Assembly: GCA_963664405.1 (NCBI GenBank)
Contig: OY761158.1
Location: forward strand, 4,288,001-4,352,000
DNA length: 64,000 bases
Reading direction: 5' to 3'
DNA from: Thermoanaerobaculia bacterium
GTDB taxonomy: Bacteria; Acidobacteriota; Thermoanaerobaculia; Multivoradales; Multivoraceae
How positions within the stretch are numbered: the stretch's first letter is position 1; each line of letters starts with the position of its first letter. Positions 50,835-60,189 of this stretch are shown one piece after another. Made by a program: the position numbers and the translations under genes. The notes below the pieces were generated by a model. The model saw only the letters and a list, made by a program, of their open reading frames with translations, was not told the origin of the DNA and ran no database searches.

Positions 50835-52839
50835 GGGTCGGCGCGGAAATAAGTTTCCAGTATCTGGGGTGACCATACCACTGCCCCCTTCTTCAGCCAC
50901 CGCATAATCCTCCGGTACGCGCCTTGTTTGCAAGGTTTAGAGCTAGCATAGCCCTGCCCGCATTTGGTATAGTTTTCCCTGTCACCTCTTTTGGAAGGGG
51001 AACTATACCAAATGGTACGAGCCGAAGATCGTGATGCAACAGTGCGCGAGCTCTTGATGAGCGAACAGATGGCCACCATGGATGAGCTCAAGGACGCCAT
51101 GGGAACCCGAGCCACCATGACGGTCTACCGTTCGCTGTCTCGATTGGGCTATTTGGCCAGCTACTCGGATCGAGGGCGGTTCTATACCTTGAACGAGATT
51201 CCCGATTTCGACGATCTGGGTTTGTGGTCGTGCGGTTCGGCGAGGTTCAGTCGGCATGGCAGCCTCCTCGAAACTGCGGTGGCTGCCGTGGACCGGTCCG
51301 CTGCCGGCTATACGGCTTCTGAACTCGAGCTCCTGCTGCAGGTCGAGGTCAAGCACGCGATGTTGCACCTCGTTCGTCGCAAGAGAATCGTACGATCCAG
51401 AGTTGGGAAGAGGTTCGTATACTTGTGCTCGGAAACAGGGCGCCGTCGTCAGCAGAAGCTGATGCGCAACGAACGGCAGGCTCTCCAGGATGTAGCTGCC
51501 AGCCTCGTTCCAGAAGTGCTCCCCGAGGAGCTCAGGGCTGCCATCGTTTTATTCTTCAGCCTGCTAGACGAACGCCAGCGGCGGCTCTTCGCTGGCCTGG
51601 AAGCGACCAAGCTCGGGCATGGCGGCGACCGGAAGATCGCCGATCTTCTGGACCTGGACCCTCATACAGTCGCAAAAGGACGTCGCGAGCTCTTCGGCGG
51701 CTCCGTGGAGCGCGGAAGAGTTCGAAGAGCAGGCGGTGGCAACCAACGAGTGGAAAAAAAACGCCCGAGATAGTCGATGGAATCCATTCCATACTCGAGG
51801 CCGATATAGCTGGTGATCCCATGTCATCAAAAAGATGGACGCACGAGACCGCTGCAAAGGTGGCCCAATGCCTTGCCGAACGCCTTGACATCATCGTATC
51901 GGCTACGGTGGTGCGTCGATTGCTCGCAGACCTGAACTATTCCCTCAAGAGCAATAGGAAATGTCTGTCTTCGGGGAACTCCCCAGATCGTGATGCACAG
52001 TTCAAGGCCATCAAGCGACTGCGCGAGGATTTCACAAGCGCTGGCGACCCGATCATCAGCGTCGATACGAAGAAGAAGGAGCTGATCGGTCGGTTCAAGA
52101 ACCAGGGACAGACATGGTGCCGCGAGGCCAAGCGGGTCAAGGATCACGACTTCCGGTCCGAAGCTCTCGCCATCGCCTCCCCCTATGGGATCTACGATCT
52201 TCAGAGGAACTTCGGCGTTCTCGTCCTCGGACAGTCGTCGGACACGCCGGAGTTCGCTGTCAACAGCATCGCGACCTGGTGGCTCAAATACGGTCGATCT
52301 CACTATCCGGCGTCTCAGCGTCTCCTCATTCTTGCCGACAGCGGCGCAAGCAACGGCGCACGGCTTCGAGCCTGGAAGAAGTACCTCCAGGAGAAGCTCG
52401 TAGACAAGTGCGGCCTCATCATCACCGTCGCCCACTATCCAACTGGCACCAGTAAATGGAATCCCATCGAGCACAGGATGTTCAGCGAGATCAGCAAGAA
52501 CTGGGCCGGAGTTCCTCTCGAGAGTTTCGAGATCCTCGTCAACCTCGTCCGCAACACGACGACATCCACCGGACTGCGCGTCGAGCCGTGCCGTGATCAA
52601 CGCCAATACCAGAAAGGAGTCAGGGTATCGGACAAGGAAATGCTGCAGCTCGCGGTGGCCAGGAGCGACTTCCTAGGAAAGTGGAACTACACCCTCTCGC
52701 CGAGACCGCGAACCGAGCAGGAAGAGCTTGCCCCACAGCCTGGGCTCAGCTCACCACCACCTCCAATGCAGCGACCGCCCTGTGGCGCCTCGGCCTCACA
52801 CGCTCCGGCGATAATGTGAAGTTATTTCCGCGCCGACCC
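50835..52839 (+). mobile_element. ISAzo13-family IS, copy 2 (tandem, period 2008 bp)
   Basis: Same TIRs and identical ORF translations; TTA at 50832 and 52840. Confidence 0.85.
51012..52819 (+). CDS. ISAzo13-family transposase, copy 2 (same frameshift)
   Basis: Translation identical to copy 1. Confidence 0.85.
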
Positions 52840-53006
52840 TTAGTGGACCGTGACACCCAAACATTTAGCGCCTGAGCGGCCCTCGGGGCCGATCTCTGCG
52901 TTACGCTTCCTCGACATAGTCCCCGATATGCCTGCGTCAGCGCGCCTTGATCTCGACCACGAATGACTCGCTCAGCCACTAAACGTTCGAGTGTTACGGT
53001 CCACTA

Positions 53007-54392
53007 GTGGATTCGGTCAAGGACGAGGTGCCGCAGAGCGATCCGTATACGGTTCGTGAGGGCGCGGCGATCAGCCCGCCTTCGACTTGGAAAGGTCGAC
53101 TGCGCTACCTCGGTCCGAGTGTCGTCATCTCGGGCTCGATCGTCGGCTCGGGCGAGATCATCCTCACCTCGGGTCTTGGCGCGGCGGCGGGCTTCGTCCT
53201 GCTGTGGTGGGTGTTGCTCTCGTGCTGGATCAAGTCGCTGATTCAGGCCGAGCTCGGGCGCTACATTCTGGTCTCGGGCGACACCTATCTGCGGGCGATG
53301 AACCGGCTGCCGGGGAAGCTTCCCGGCGTCAAGGGTCGCCGGGTCAGCTGGGTGATCTATCTGGCGATCATCGCCTGGTTCCCCGGCATCATGGGACTGG
53401 GTGGCATTATCGGCGGCGCCGGGCAGGCGCTCACCCTGCTGGTGCCGGCAGTCCCTTCGACCTGGGCGGCGGGGGTCATTGGCCTCGCCACAATCGCCCT
53501 CCTGATAACCGGCTCTTACCGCTTGCTCGAGCGCGCGATGCTGGTTTTGGTGCTGAGCTTCACTGCGACGACTCTGGTCTGCGCTGTATTGATGCAGTTC
53601 ACCGAGTACAGGGTCGTGGGCAGCGACATCGTGACCGGCTTCTCCTTCGATTTTCCGCTGGTCTATCTCGCCCTGGCACTGTCGGTGTACGGCTACACCG
53701 GAGTGAACTCGAGTGAGACCTCCACTTACACCTATTGGTGCATCGAGAAGGGCTATCCCAGCTACATCGGCTCGCCGGATTCGCCGGGCTGGGTCGAGCG
53801 GGCGCGGGGCTGGATCAAGGTCCTGCAGACGGACGTGTGGGCGACGCTACTCATTCTCACCTGCGCGACCCTGCCCTTTTACATTCTCGGCGCTGGTGTC
53901 TTGAAACCGCGGGGCGAGCAGCCCAATGGCCTCGAGACCATCTCCATTCTCTCGGACATGTTCACCCAGACCCTCGGCCCGTGGGCGGTCTGGCTGTTCG
54001 GATTCGGTGCCTTCAGCATTCTCTTCTCGACCATGTTGTCTGCCGTCAGCGGCGGAGCCCGTTACATCCCTGACTACCTCATCGAGCTCGGCTTCCTGGA
54101 GCGTGGCAACCTGGCGGCCCGCAGCGCCATCATTCGCGGCTACTGCGTCGTCATTCCGATCCTGGCCTTCGTGCTCTATGTTGCCGTCCAGAACCCCGTG
54201 CTCCTGGTCACCATCGGCGCACTCACCTTGGCGGCGATGCTCCCAATACAGAGTGGCGCTGTGCTCTGGCTGCAAGCCCATTGCATGGATCAGCGCGTGC
54301 GTCCGGCACCCTGGGTGCGCGCCGCGATTTGGTTGATTTTCTCGATCGAGCTGGTGCTGACCGGTTTTGTGATCCGCTACGTCGTCTTCTGA
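53007..54392 (+). CDS. Nramp-like (APC superfamily) transporter
   Basis: LGPSVV..GSIVGSGE, ~11 TM segments, YTYWCIEKG. Confidence 0.75.
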   Translation: MDSVKDEVPQSDPYTVREGAAISPPSTWKGRLRYLGPSVVISGSIVGSGEIILTSGLGAAAGFVLLWWVLLSCWIKSLIQAELGRYILVSGDTYLRAMNRLPGKLPGVKGRRVSWVIYLAIIAWFPGIMGLGGIIGGAGQALTLLVPAVPSTWAAGVIGLATIALLITGSYRLLERAMLVLVLSFTATTLVCAVLMQFTEYRVVGSDIVTGFSFDFPLVYLALALSVYGYTGVNSSETSTYTYWCIEKGYPSYIGSPDSPGWVERARGWIKVLQTDVWATLLILTCATLPFYILGAGVLKPRGEQPNGLETISILSDMFTQTLGPWAVWLFGFGAFSILFSTMLSAVSGGARYIPDYLIELGFLERGNLAARSAIIRGYCVVIPILAFVLYVAVQNPVLLVTIGALTLAAMLPIQSGAVLWLQAHCMDQRVRPAPWVRAAIWLIFSIELVLTGFVIRYVVF

Positions 54393-54437
54393 CCGTTTAG
54401 AATAGACTGCCGAAGCTGGCCGAGAGGAGATTTCCCG

Positions 54438-55313
54438 TTGGCCGAAGTCGCTACCGCAGCCGCCGTTCACACCCCTCCGCGCTCGCGCACCGACACCCGT
54501 CAGCCGTTTGACCTGTCGGACGAGATGCAGGTCGAGATCGCGCGTCTTGGCATGGAGCAGAACATCGAGGACATGAAGCTCCGGGGTTACACCGTCCTTC
54601 GCGATGTAGCCTCGCTCGACTTCAACGATCGGCTCCGCGAGACCTGCCTCCGCTTGGCCAAGGAGACTCCCGGTCCGGCAAAGGGCTACTCGGCGGCACT
54701 CCTGCTCGGGCGCGACCCGATCTACGAAGACGTGGTCCTGAACCCGAAGATCCTCGCTCTCACTGAAGTCATGTGCGGCAAGGGAGCGCTGCTCTCACAG
54801 TTGATGTGCAGTGTCCGTCCGAAGGGGGCGAAGCCGCTGGCGCTCCACGCCGACCAGAATTGGCTCCCCGCGCCTTTTCCCGTGCACAACCAACTGCTGA
54901 CCTTGTGTTGGGCGTGTGACGACTACACCCAGGCGGGCGGCTGCACCAAGGTCATCCCCCGCTCCCACCTCGAGCGCCGCCACCCCAACGACGAAGAGTG
55001 CGAAACCCACCCCGGCGCGATCCCTGTCGAATGTCCGCGGGGGTCGGTGGTCGCATGGGACGGCTCGGTCTGGCACTGCAACTATCCTCGTGAAGACGAG
55101 GGCGAGCGGGTCGTTCTTCACACTACCTTTTCGCGTCTGGCTCTGCGCACGGTCGAAAGCTATGAACATCTCGACGACGCGTGGCTCGAGGGAAAGCCTT
55201 ATGAGTTGCGCGTAATGCTCGGTCGAGAAGACTTTTTGGGCTCGACAACGATCGAGCGGGGGCACGCCGACAACACCAACCTGCCGCGTACCTTCGACTG
55301 GGCGAAGACCTGA
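54438..55313 (+). CDS. Phytanoyl-CoA dioxygenase (PhyH) family protein
   Basis: LHADQ, GCTKVIPRSH, WH, R facial triad pattern. Confidence 0.85.
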   Translation: MAEVATAAAVHTPPRSRTDTRQPFDLSDEMQVEIARLGMEQNIEDMKLRGYTVLRDVASLDFNDRLRETCLRLAKETPGPAKGYSAALLLGRDPIYEDVVLNPKILALTEVMCGKGALLSQLMCSVRPKGAKPLALHADQNWLPAPFPVHNQLLTLCWACDDYTQAGGCTKVIPRSHLERRHPNDEECETHPGAIPVECPRGSVVAWDGSVWHCNYPREDEGERVVLHTTFSRLALRTVESYEHLDDAWLEGKPYELRVMLGREDFLGSTTIERGHADNTNLPRTFDWAKT

Positions 55314-55331
55314 CCGGCGCCTCTTTCTCTG

Positions 55332-55980
55332 TTAGCGCAGCGAGCAATCGGGGGGTCGCGCGAGCACGGTGAGCTCGATGTCGACGGCCTCGGGCAGGGG
55401 CCGGGTAATCTCGACCCGGATGCTCGGCAGCTCTGCCTTGTCGAGCTCTATCGGCAGTCTGACGATCGCCATCCGGCGCCCCGGCGGGATGAGAAATGCG
55501 CGAGAGTAGCTGACGCTGAAACGGTTGCGGTCTGCGCCGCGTCACCACAGTCGACCCGCCACCGCTGCCGCCGGTGCCTCCTCGAGACGGACGACGGTGG
55601 CGCCGATGGGTCGGGGTATTTCTGCGCCGGAAGGCGTGAGGTCGAAGCGGGGCCGAAGACTCCCAGCGGAGGCGACGAGCGGCGAGAAGGGCACCCCGAA
55701 AAGCTCTTGACGCGCTGCCTGGCGCAGAGCGATCTGGCAGTCGGTCCAATTGATCCATCGACCCGCTGCCGGGACGCTGAGCTCGAAGGCTCTCGACCCG
55801 AGCCAATGCGGGCGCTCCAATACCGCCGCGGTACCGAGCCGCCACACAATGTCCTGGCGTAGACCGGCGAGGCGAGCTGCGTGGCCGAGCCCGTTTCGCC
55901 ATACGTAGGCGCCGTGCCAGGTGTCGTGGCCGGCGACGAAAATGGTGGAATGCGCCTCGAGCTTGTCTTGTTTTGCAGGA
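55332..55980 (-). pseudogene. Protein-like remnant with in-frame TGA at 55542-55544
   Basis: Frame reads IFVAGHDTWHGAYVWRNGL...GRLW*RGADRNRF...PDCSLR*; no clear start. Confidence 0.35.
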
Positions 55981-56207
55981 GGCCTCGGACTGCGGATCGA
56001 AGTCCCCTTCTCGACACCGCGAGAGCGATGAGCGCGGAGCTACCCGCCGCGGAAGTGGCGCGAATCAAAAGAGGCAAGCCCTGCGCCTCTTTGAGCGGCG
56101 GTGCCCGTCCTATAGAATGGCGGTCCGCTTCGGTGGCCCTGCAATACGGCAGTGGTCAGACCGAAGGCGGCTCATAGAGCGACGAAGACAGGCATCGGAG
56201 GATTGCA

Positions 56208-56546
56208 ATGAGCGACAATGTCAAAGCGATGGATCGGGCCAAAGAGGCCGTCAGCGGGGGCGTCGAAAAGACCAAGGCGTCTCTCGGTACCGCAAAAGAG
56301 AAGATCCAGGAAGTTTCACAGACGGTGAGAGAGCAGGCGGGCAAGGCCGGCGAGGTCGCCAAGGACAAGTATGGAGTGGCGGCGCAAGGGCTCCGCGAGG
56401 GTTATGGCAAGGCCCGCACGGACCTCGACAAGCTGAGCGAAGACGTGACTGCCTACGTTCGCGACAACCCCGGCAGATCGGTGCTGGTGGCTGGAGCCTT
56501 GGGCTTTTTCCTCGGCTTTCTGATTCGCGGCGATCGGCGTCGTTAG
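56208..56546 (+). CDS. ElaB/YqjD/DUF883-like tail-anchored protein
   Basis: Helical N-terminus, YVRDNPGRSVLVAGALGFFLG...RRR. Confidence 0.8.
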   Translation: MSDNVKAMDRAKEAVSGGVEKTKASLGTAKEKIQEVSQTVREQAGKAGEVAKDKYGVAAQGLREGYGKARTDLDKLSEDVTAYVRDNPGRSVLVAGALGFFLGFLIRGDRRR

Positions 56547-56558
56547 GCGACCCAGAGA

Positions 56559-56804
56559 ATGGCCGAGCCGACCCTTCCGACGCGCTCTTTCTCCCGTTTC
56601 TTTTTGGACGGGTTGTTGCCGGAGGAATTGGAATGGGAGCGCTTGGTGAGGACCTACCCGTTGGCTTCGCTTGCTATCGCGGCGGTCGGAGGCTACTTCT
56701 TGGGACGCCGCAGCGGCGCCGTGATCATCGAGGCGGTCTCGCAGACTGCCTCCGAGCGAGTTCGCGGGCTGGTGAGCGAAGTGCTAGGGGAGAGCGAGGG
56801 CTGA
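56559..56804 (+). CDS. Small hypothetical membrane protein
   Basis: VRTYPLASLAIAAVGGYFLG motif resembling the upstream gene; operonic spacing. Confidence 0.65.
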   Translation: MAEPTLPTRSFSRFFLDGLLPEELEWERLVRTYPLASLAIAAVGGYFLGRRSGAVIIEAVSQTASERVRGLVSEVLGESEG

Positions 56805-56822
56805 TCTCGCCGCCTCGCACGT

Positions 56823-57632
56823 TTGCGCAAGCTGCTCCACATATCGGACGTTCACTTCGGGCCTAAACACCTTCGCGACCGGTCCGAAGGCGTCGTTGCG
56901 CTCGTCGAACGGCGACGGCCGGACTTTGTCGTGCTTTCCGGAGATCTCACCCAGCGCGCCAAGCCCAAGCAGTTTCGTGAGGCACTCGCGTTCGTTGAGC
57001 GCCTTGGATGCCCGACCTTGGCAGTCCCCGGCAACCATGACGTGCCCCTCTATCGGGTCTGGGAGCGAGCGCTGGTCCCCTTCGCCGCCTTCCGTCGAAA
57101 CTTCTCCGAGGAGTTGGAGCCCACCTTGGGAGATGAGGAAGTACGGCTCGTTGGCGTGAACACCGCTTTCAATTGGACCGCTACCGGAGGCCGCATCGGT
57201 GCTCGCAAACGCCGAAGTTTTCAACGCCGCTTTGCCTCGGCCCCGGCATCGTGTTACAAGATCGCAGTGCTCCACCACGGTCTCCTCTACCCGCGACATC
57301 TAGAAGATGTGCCACGTCGTCTGCGGGGCGCCTCTCGTACGCTGTCCGCGTTGAGTGATGCGGGAGTCGACATGGTGCTCAGCGGGCACATCCACCAGAC
57401 TTTTGTCGCGCCTCTCAAACCATCGGGCTCGACCGACGACGCAGTCATCCTTCACACCGGAACGTCGACCTCGAGTCGAGGGCGTGGACCGGAGACCGGT
57501 CAGAACACCTGCCACTGGATCGAGATCGAAGGTCATGAAGCTCGGGTCACTTTCTGTCGCTGGGATTCGGACTCGGGCGGCTTCGTCGACATCGGTCAGG
57601 ATTGCTTCTTGCGAGCAGGGGAGCCGCTATGA
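56823..57632 (+). CDS. Calcineurin-like metallophosphoesterase (CpdA/Icc-like)
   Basis: SDVH, GDLT, GNHD, HH, GHIH. Confidence 0.88.
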   Translation: MRKLLHISDVHFGPKHLRDRSEGVVALVERRRPDFVVLSGDLTQRAKPKQFREALAFVERLGCPTLAVPGNHDVPLYRVWERALVPFAAFRRNFSEELEPTLGDEEVRLVGVNTAFNWTATGGRIGARKRRSFQRRFASAPASCYKIAVLHHGLLYPRHLEDVPRRLRGASRTLSALSDAGVDMVLSGHIHQTFVAPLKPSGSTDDAVILHTGTSTSSRGRGPETGQNTCHWIEIEGHEARVTFCRWDSDSGGFVDIGQDCFLRAGEPL

Positions 57633-58900
57633 CGGGCGTAACGGCCGAGACGACGGATGTGAATCTGGGCGATGTGCGTGTGAGTCGCCTCGACAACGGT
57701 CTCACGGTCGCGATTACGGATAGCAACCATGCTCCGATCGCCTCTACGGTGCTCTGGTACCGCGTCGGTGCAGCGGACGAGCCGCGGGCATCTGGGGGCA
57801 TCGCGCACTTTCTCGAGCACATGATGTTCAAGGGCTCGTCTTCGTTCGGGCCGGGGGAAGTCGATCAGATCACCCAGGCGATGGGAGGTGCCAATAACGC
57901 CTTCACCGGCCACGACTCCACGGCCTACTACTTCCAGTTTGCGGCCGACTGTTGGTGGCAGGCGCTCGAGATCGAGGCCGATCGGATGCGGGGGCTGACC
58001 CTGGACCCGTTGGAGCTCGTCCATGAGCGCCAGGTGATCCTCGAGGAGATCGCGATGTATCGGAGTGATCCCTGGGACGCTTTGGAGCGCCAGGTGCAGG
58101 GTCTTCTCTACGGAGATCATTCCTATGGGCGTCCGGTCCTCGGCACTCCGGCAGAGCTGTTGGCGATGAGCGATCAAGACCTCCGGGACTTTCATCGCCG
58201 CCACTACGGTCCGGGAAACGCGGTACTCGTTGTCGCCGGTGATGTGGGGGACGGCGCCCTCGAGAGAGTCGAGGAGGCGTTTCAAGGACTCGGCTCTACT
58301 CCGAGCCCCGGCCGTGCAGGAGGTCCGCCTCCTCCGGCCGGAAGCTTGCGGAGGATCGGGCGGAGGCAAGGAGACGTCGCGCGAATGGTCTGGTCGGTAC
58401 CCGCCCCAGCTTGGGACGATGCACTTCATCCGCCGCTTCGGCTCTTGGTTCAGCTGCTCTTTGAAGGTCGCTCGAGCTTGTTGCAGCGGGCGTTGGTGGA
58501 GGAAGGTCAGCTGTGCAGCTGGGTCTCAGGAGAGCTGTCGTCGAACCTGCAGCCAGGGGCGCTGAGTGTGGCGGTCGAGGTTCTTCCTGGGGTCGAGCCC
58601 CAGCGAGTGGAAGAAGAAGTCTTCCGACTCCTCGCCGAGGCCGTCGAGGAGCTTCCCGAGGCCGGCGAGTTGGAGCGCGCCAGGCGCACCTACGAGGCCG
58701 ATTGGGTCTTCGGTCATGAGCGGGTTCACCAGCGCGCGCTCACCATCGCTTCCGCTCTGGCGCTCTTCGATCTCGACTTTCCGAGCTCCTATGTGGATCG
58801 GGTGCTCGCTTCCTCCTCCGAGGAGATCCTAGACGCGGGTCGGCAGACTCTTCTTCTCGATCGCGGAGTCCTCGGCTGGTCTCTGCCGGAGAGCGGTTGA
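57629..58900 (+). CDS. M16 peptidase, catalytic subunit
   Basis: HFLEHMMFKG, NAFT, EADRM, VILEE. Confidence 0.9.
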   Translation: MTGVTAETTDVNLGDVRVSRLDNGLTVAITDSNHAPIASTVLWYRVGAADEPRASGGIAHFLEHMMFKGSSSFGPGEVDQITQAMGGANNAFTGHDSTAYYFQFAADCWWQALEIEADRMRGLTLDPLELVHERQVILEEIAMYRSDPWDALERQVQGLLYGDHSYGRPVLGTPAELLAMSDQDLRDFHRRHYGPGNAVLVVAGDVGDGALERVEEAFQGLGSTPSPGRAGGPPPPAGSLRRIGRRQGDVARMVWSVPAPAWDDALHPPLRLLVQLLFEGRSSLLQRALVEEGQLCSWVSGELSSNLQPGALSVAVEVLPGVEPQRVEEEVFRLLAEAVEELPEAGELERARRTYEADWVFGHERVHQRALTIASALALFDLDFPSSYVDRVLASSSEEILDAGRQTLLLDRGVLGWSLPESG

Positions 58901-60189
58901 TGACTTTCGAGAACGGGGATTGCGCCGCGCGGACCCCAAAGGCGCTTCGAGACCTGCGCATTCGTCGAGTCGAAGGCTCTGCGGTGGTTTCGATGCGTTT
59001 GTGGCTTCCGGGTGGAAGCCGCTTGGAGAGCAGACCCGGACTTGCCTGGGTAACCGGCCGGATGCTCACCGAGGGCACCGAGAGACGAGACTGGAAAGAG
59101 ATTGCGCGGGCCAGCGACGGCCTGGGGATGGTGCTTGGGTCCTTCGGCGGCTTGGAGGCCCACGGCATCAGTCTCGACTGCCTCAGCAGAGATTGGCATC
59201 AAGGACTCCGTTGGCTCGCCGAGCTGGCGCTCGAGTCGAGTTTTCCCGGCGATCGTTGTGCTTGGACCATTCGGCAGGGAATCGCCGACCTGAAGAGCCT
59301 GATGGATCAACCCGAGGCGAAGGCCTCTTGGGCCTTCGCCGAACAGCTCTATGGCGAGCATGCTGCGGGGCGGCCTCCCACGGGGACGGTGGCGGGTCTC
59401 GAGGCGATCAACGCCGATCTCTGTGCTGAGCTCCACGATCGGTCCTTAGCTCGCGGGGCGGTGTTGACGGTCGCCGGCCTCCTCGATGAGGACGAGGTCC
59501 AGGCGGAGATCGAGCGGCTTTTTGGTGAGCCCGGAGCGGAGATGCAAACGTGCGAAGCTCCGCCGCCACCGGCGAGTGAGACACAGGGGCGCCGGGAGAT
59601 CATCACCAGCGCTCGTGACCAGGCACATCTCTTTGTCGGCCATCTCACGGTCCCAAGGTCCGACCCGGACATGGCTGCGCTCCAGCTTCTTTCGATCATC
59701 CTTGGCGCCGGTGCCGGCCTGACCGGAAGAATTCCGGACCGGGTGCGAGAGAAGGAGGGGTTGGCATACTCTGCGGCTGCGTCGGCGGTGTCTGGAGCCG
59801 GCCTCGACCCTGGAAGACTGGTGGTTCATGTCGGCACTTCGCCGGATACCTTGTCGCGTGCGGAGCAATGTGTGCGGGAGGAGATCGTGCGGCTCCTCGA
59901 GCAGGGTGTGGAGCCAGAGGAGCTGGAGTCCGCTCGGAGCTATCTCTTGAGGCGAGAGCCGTTTCATCGGGAGACCCCGCAGCAGTGGGCTGAGCTTCTG
60001 GCTGCGAGCGTGCTCTACCAGCTTCCGCTTGACGATCCGGAGTGGGTGAACGAGCGCTACCAGGCGCCGACGAGGGAGGACGTCGAGACGGCCGCGAGAC
60101 GCCACCTCGATGCCGATCGACTCAAGGTGACGGCAGGACTCCCGTCGTCGACGCGTACGCAGGGGATAGGGGCGCCAGCCAGTAGCTGA
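58897..60189 (+). CDS. M16 peptidase, non-catalytic subunit
   Basis: Lacks HxxEH; MLTEGT, VREKEGLAY. Confidence 0.85.
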   Translation: MMTFENGDCAARTPKALRDLRIRRVEGSAVVSMRLWLPGGSRLESRPGLAWVTGRMLTEGTERRDWKEIARASDGLGMVLGSFGGLEAHGISLDCLSRDWHQGLRWLAELALESSFPGDRCAWTIRQGIADLKSLMDQPEAKASWAFAEQLYGEHAAGRPPTGTVAGLEAINADLCAELHDRSLARGAVLTVAGLLDEDEVQAEIERLFGEPGAEMQTCEAPPPPASETQGRREIITSARDQAHLFVGHLTVPRSDPDMAALQLLSIILGAGAGLTGRIPDRVREKEGLAYSAAASAVSGAGLDPGRLVVHVGTSPDTLSRAEQCVREEIVRLLEQGVEPEELESARSYLLRREPFHRETPQQWAELLAASVLYQLPLDDPEWVNERYQAPTREDVETAARRHLDADRLKVTAGLPSSTRTQGIGAPASS

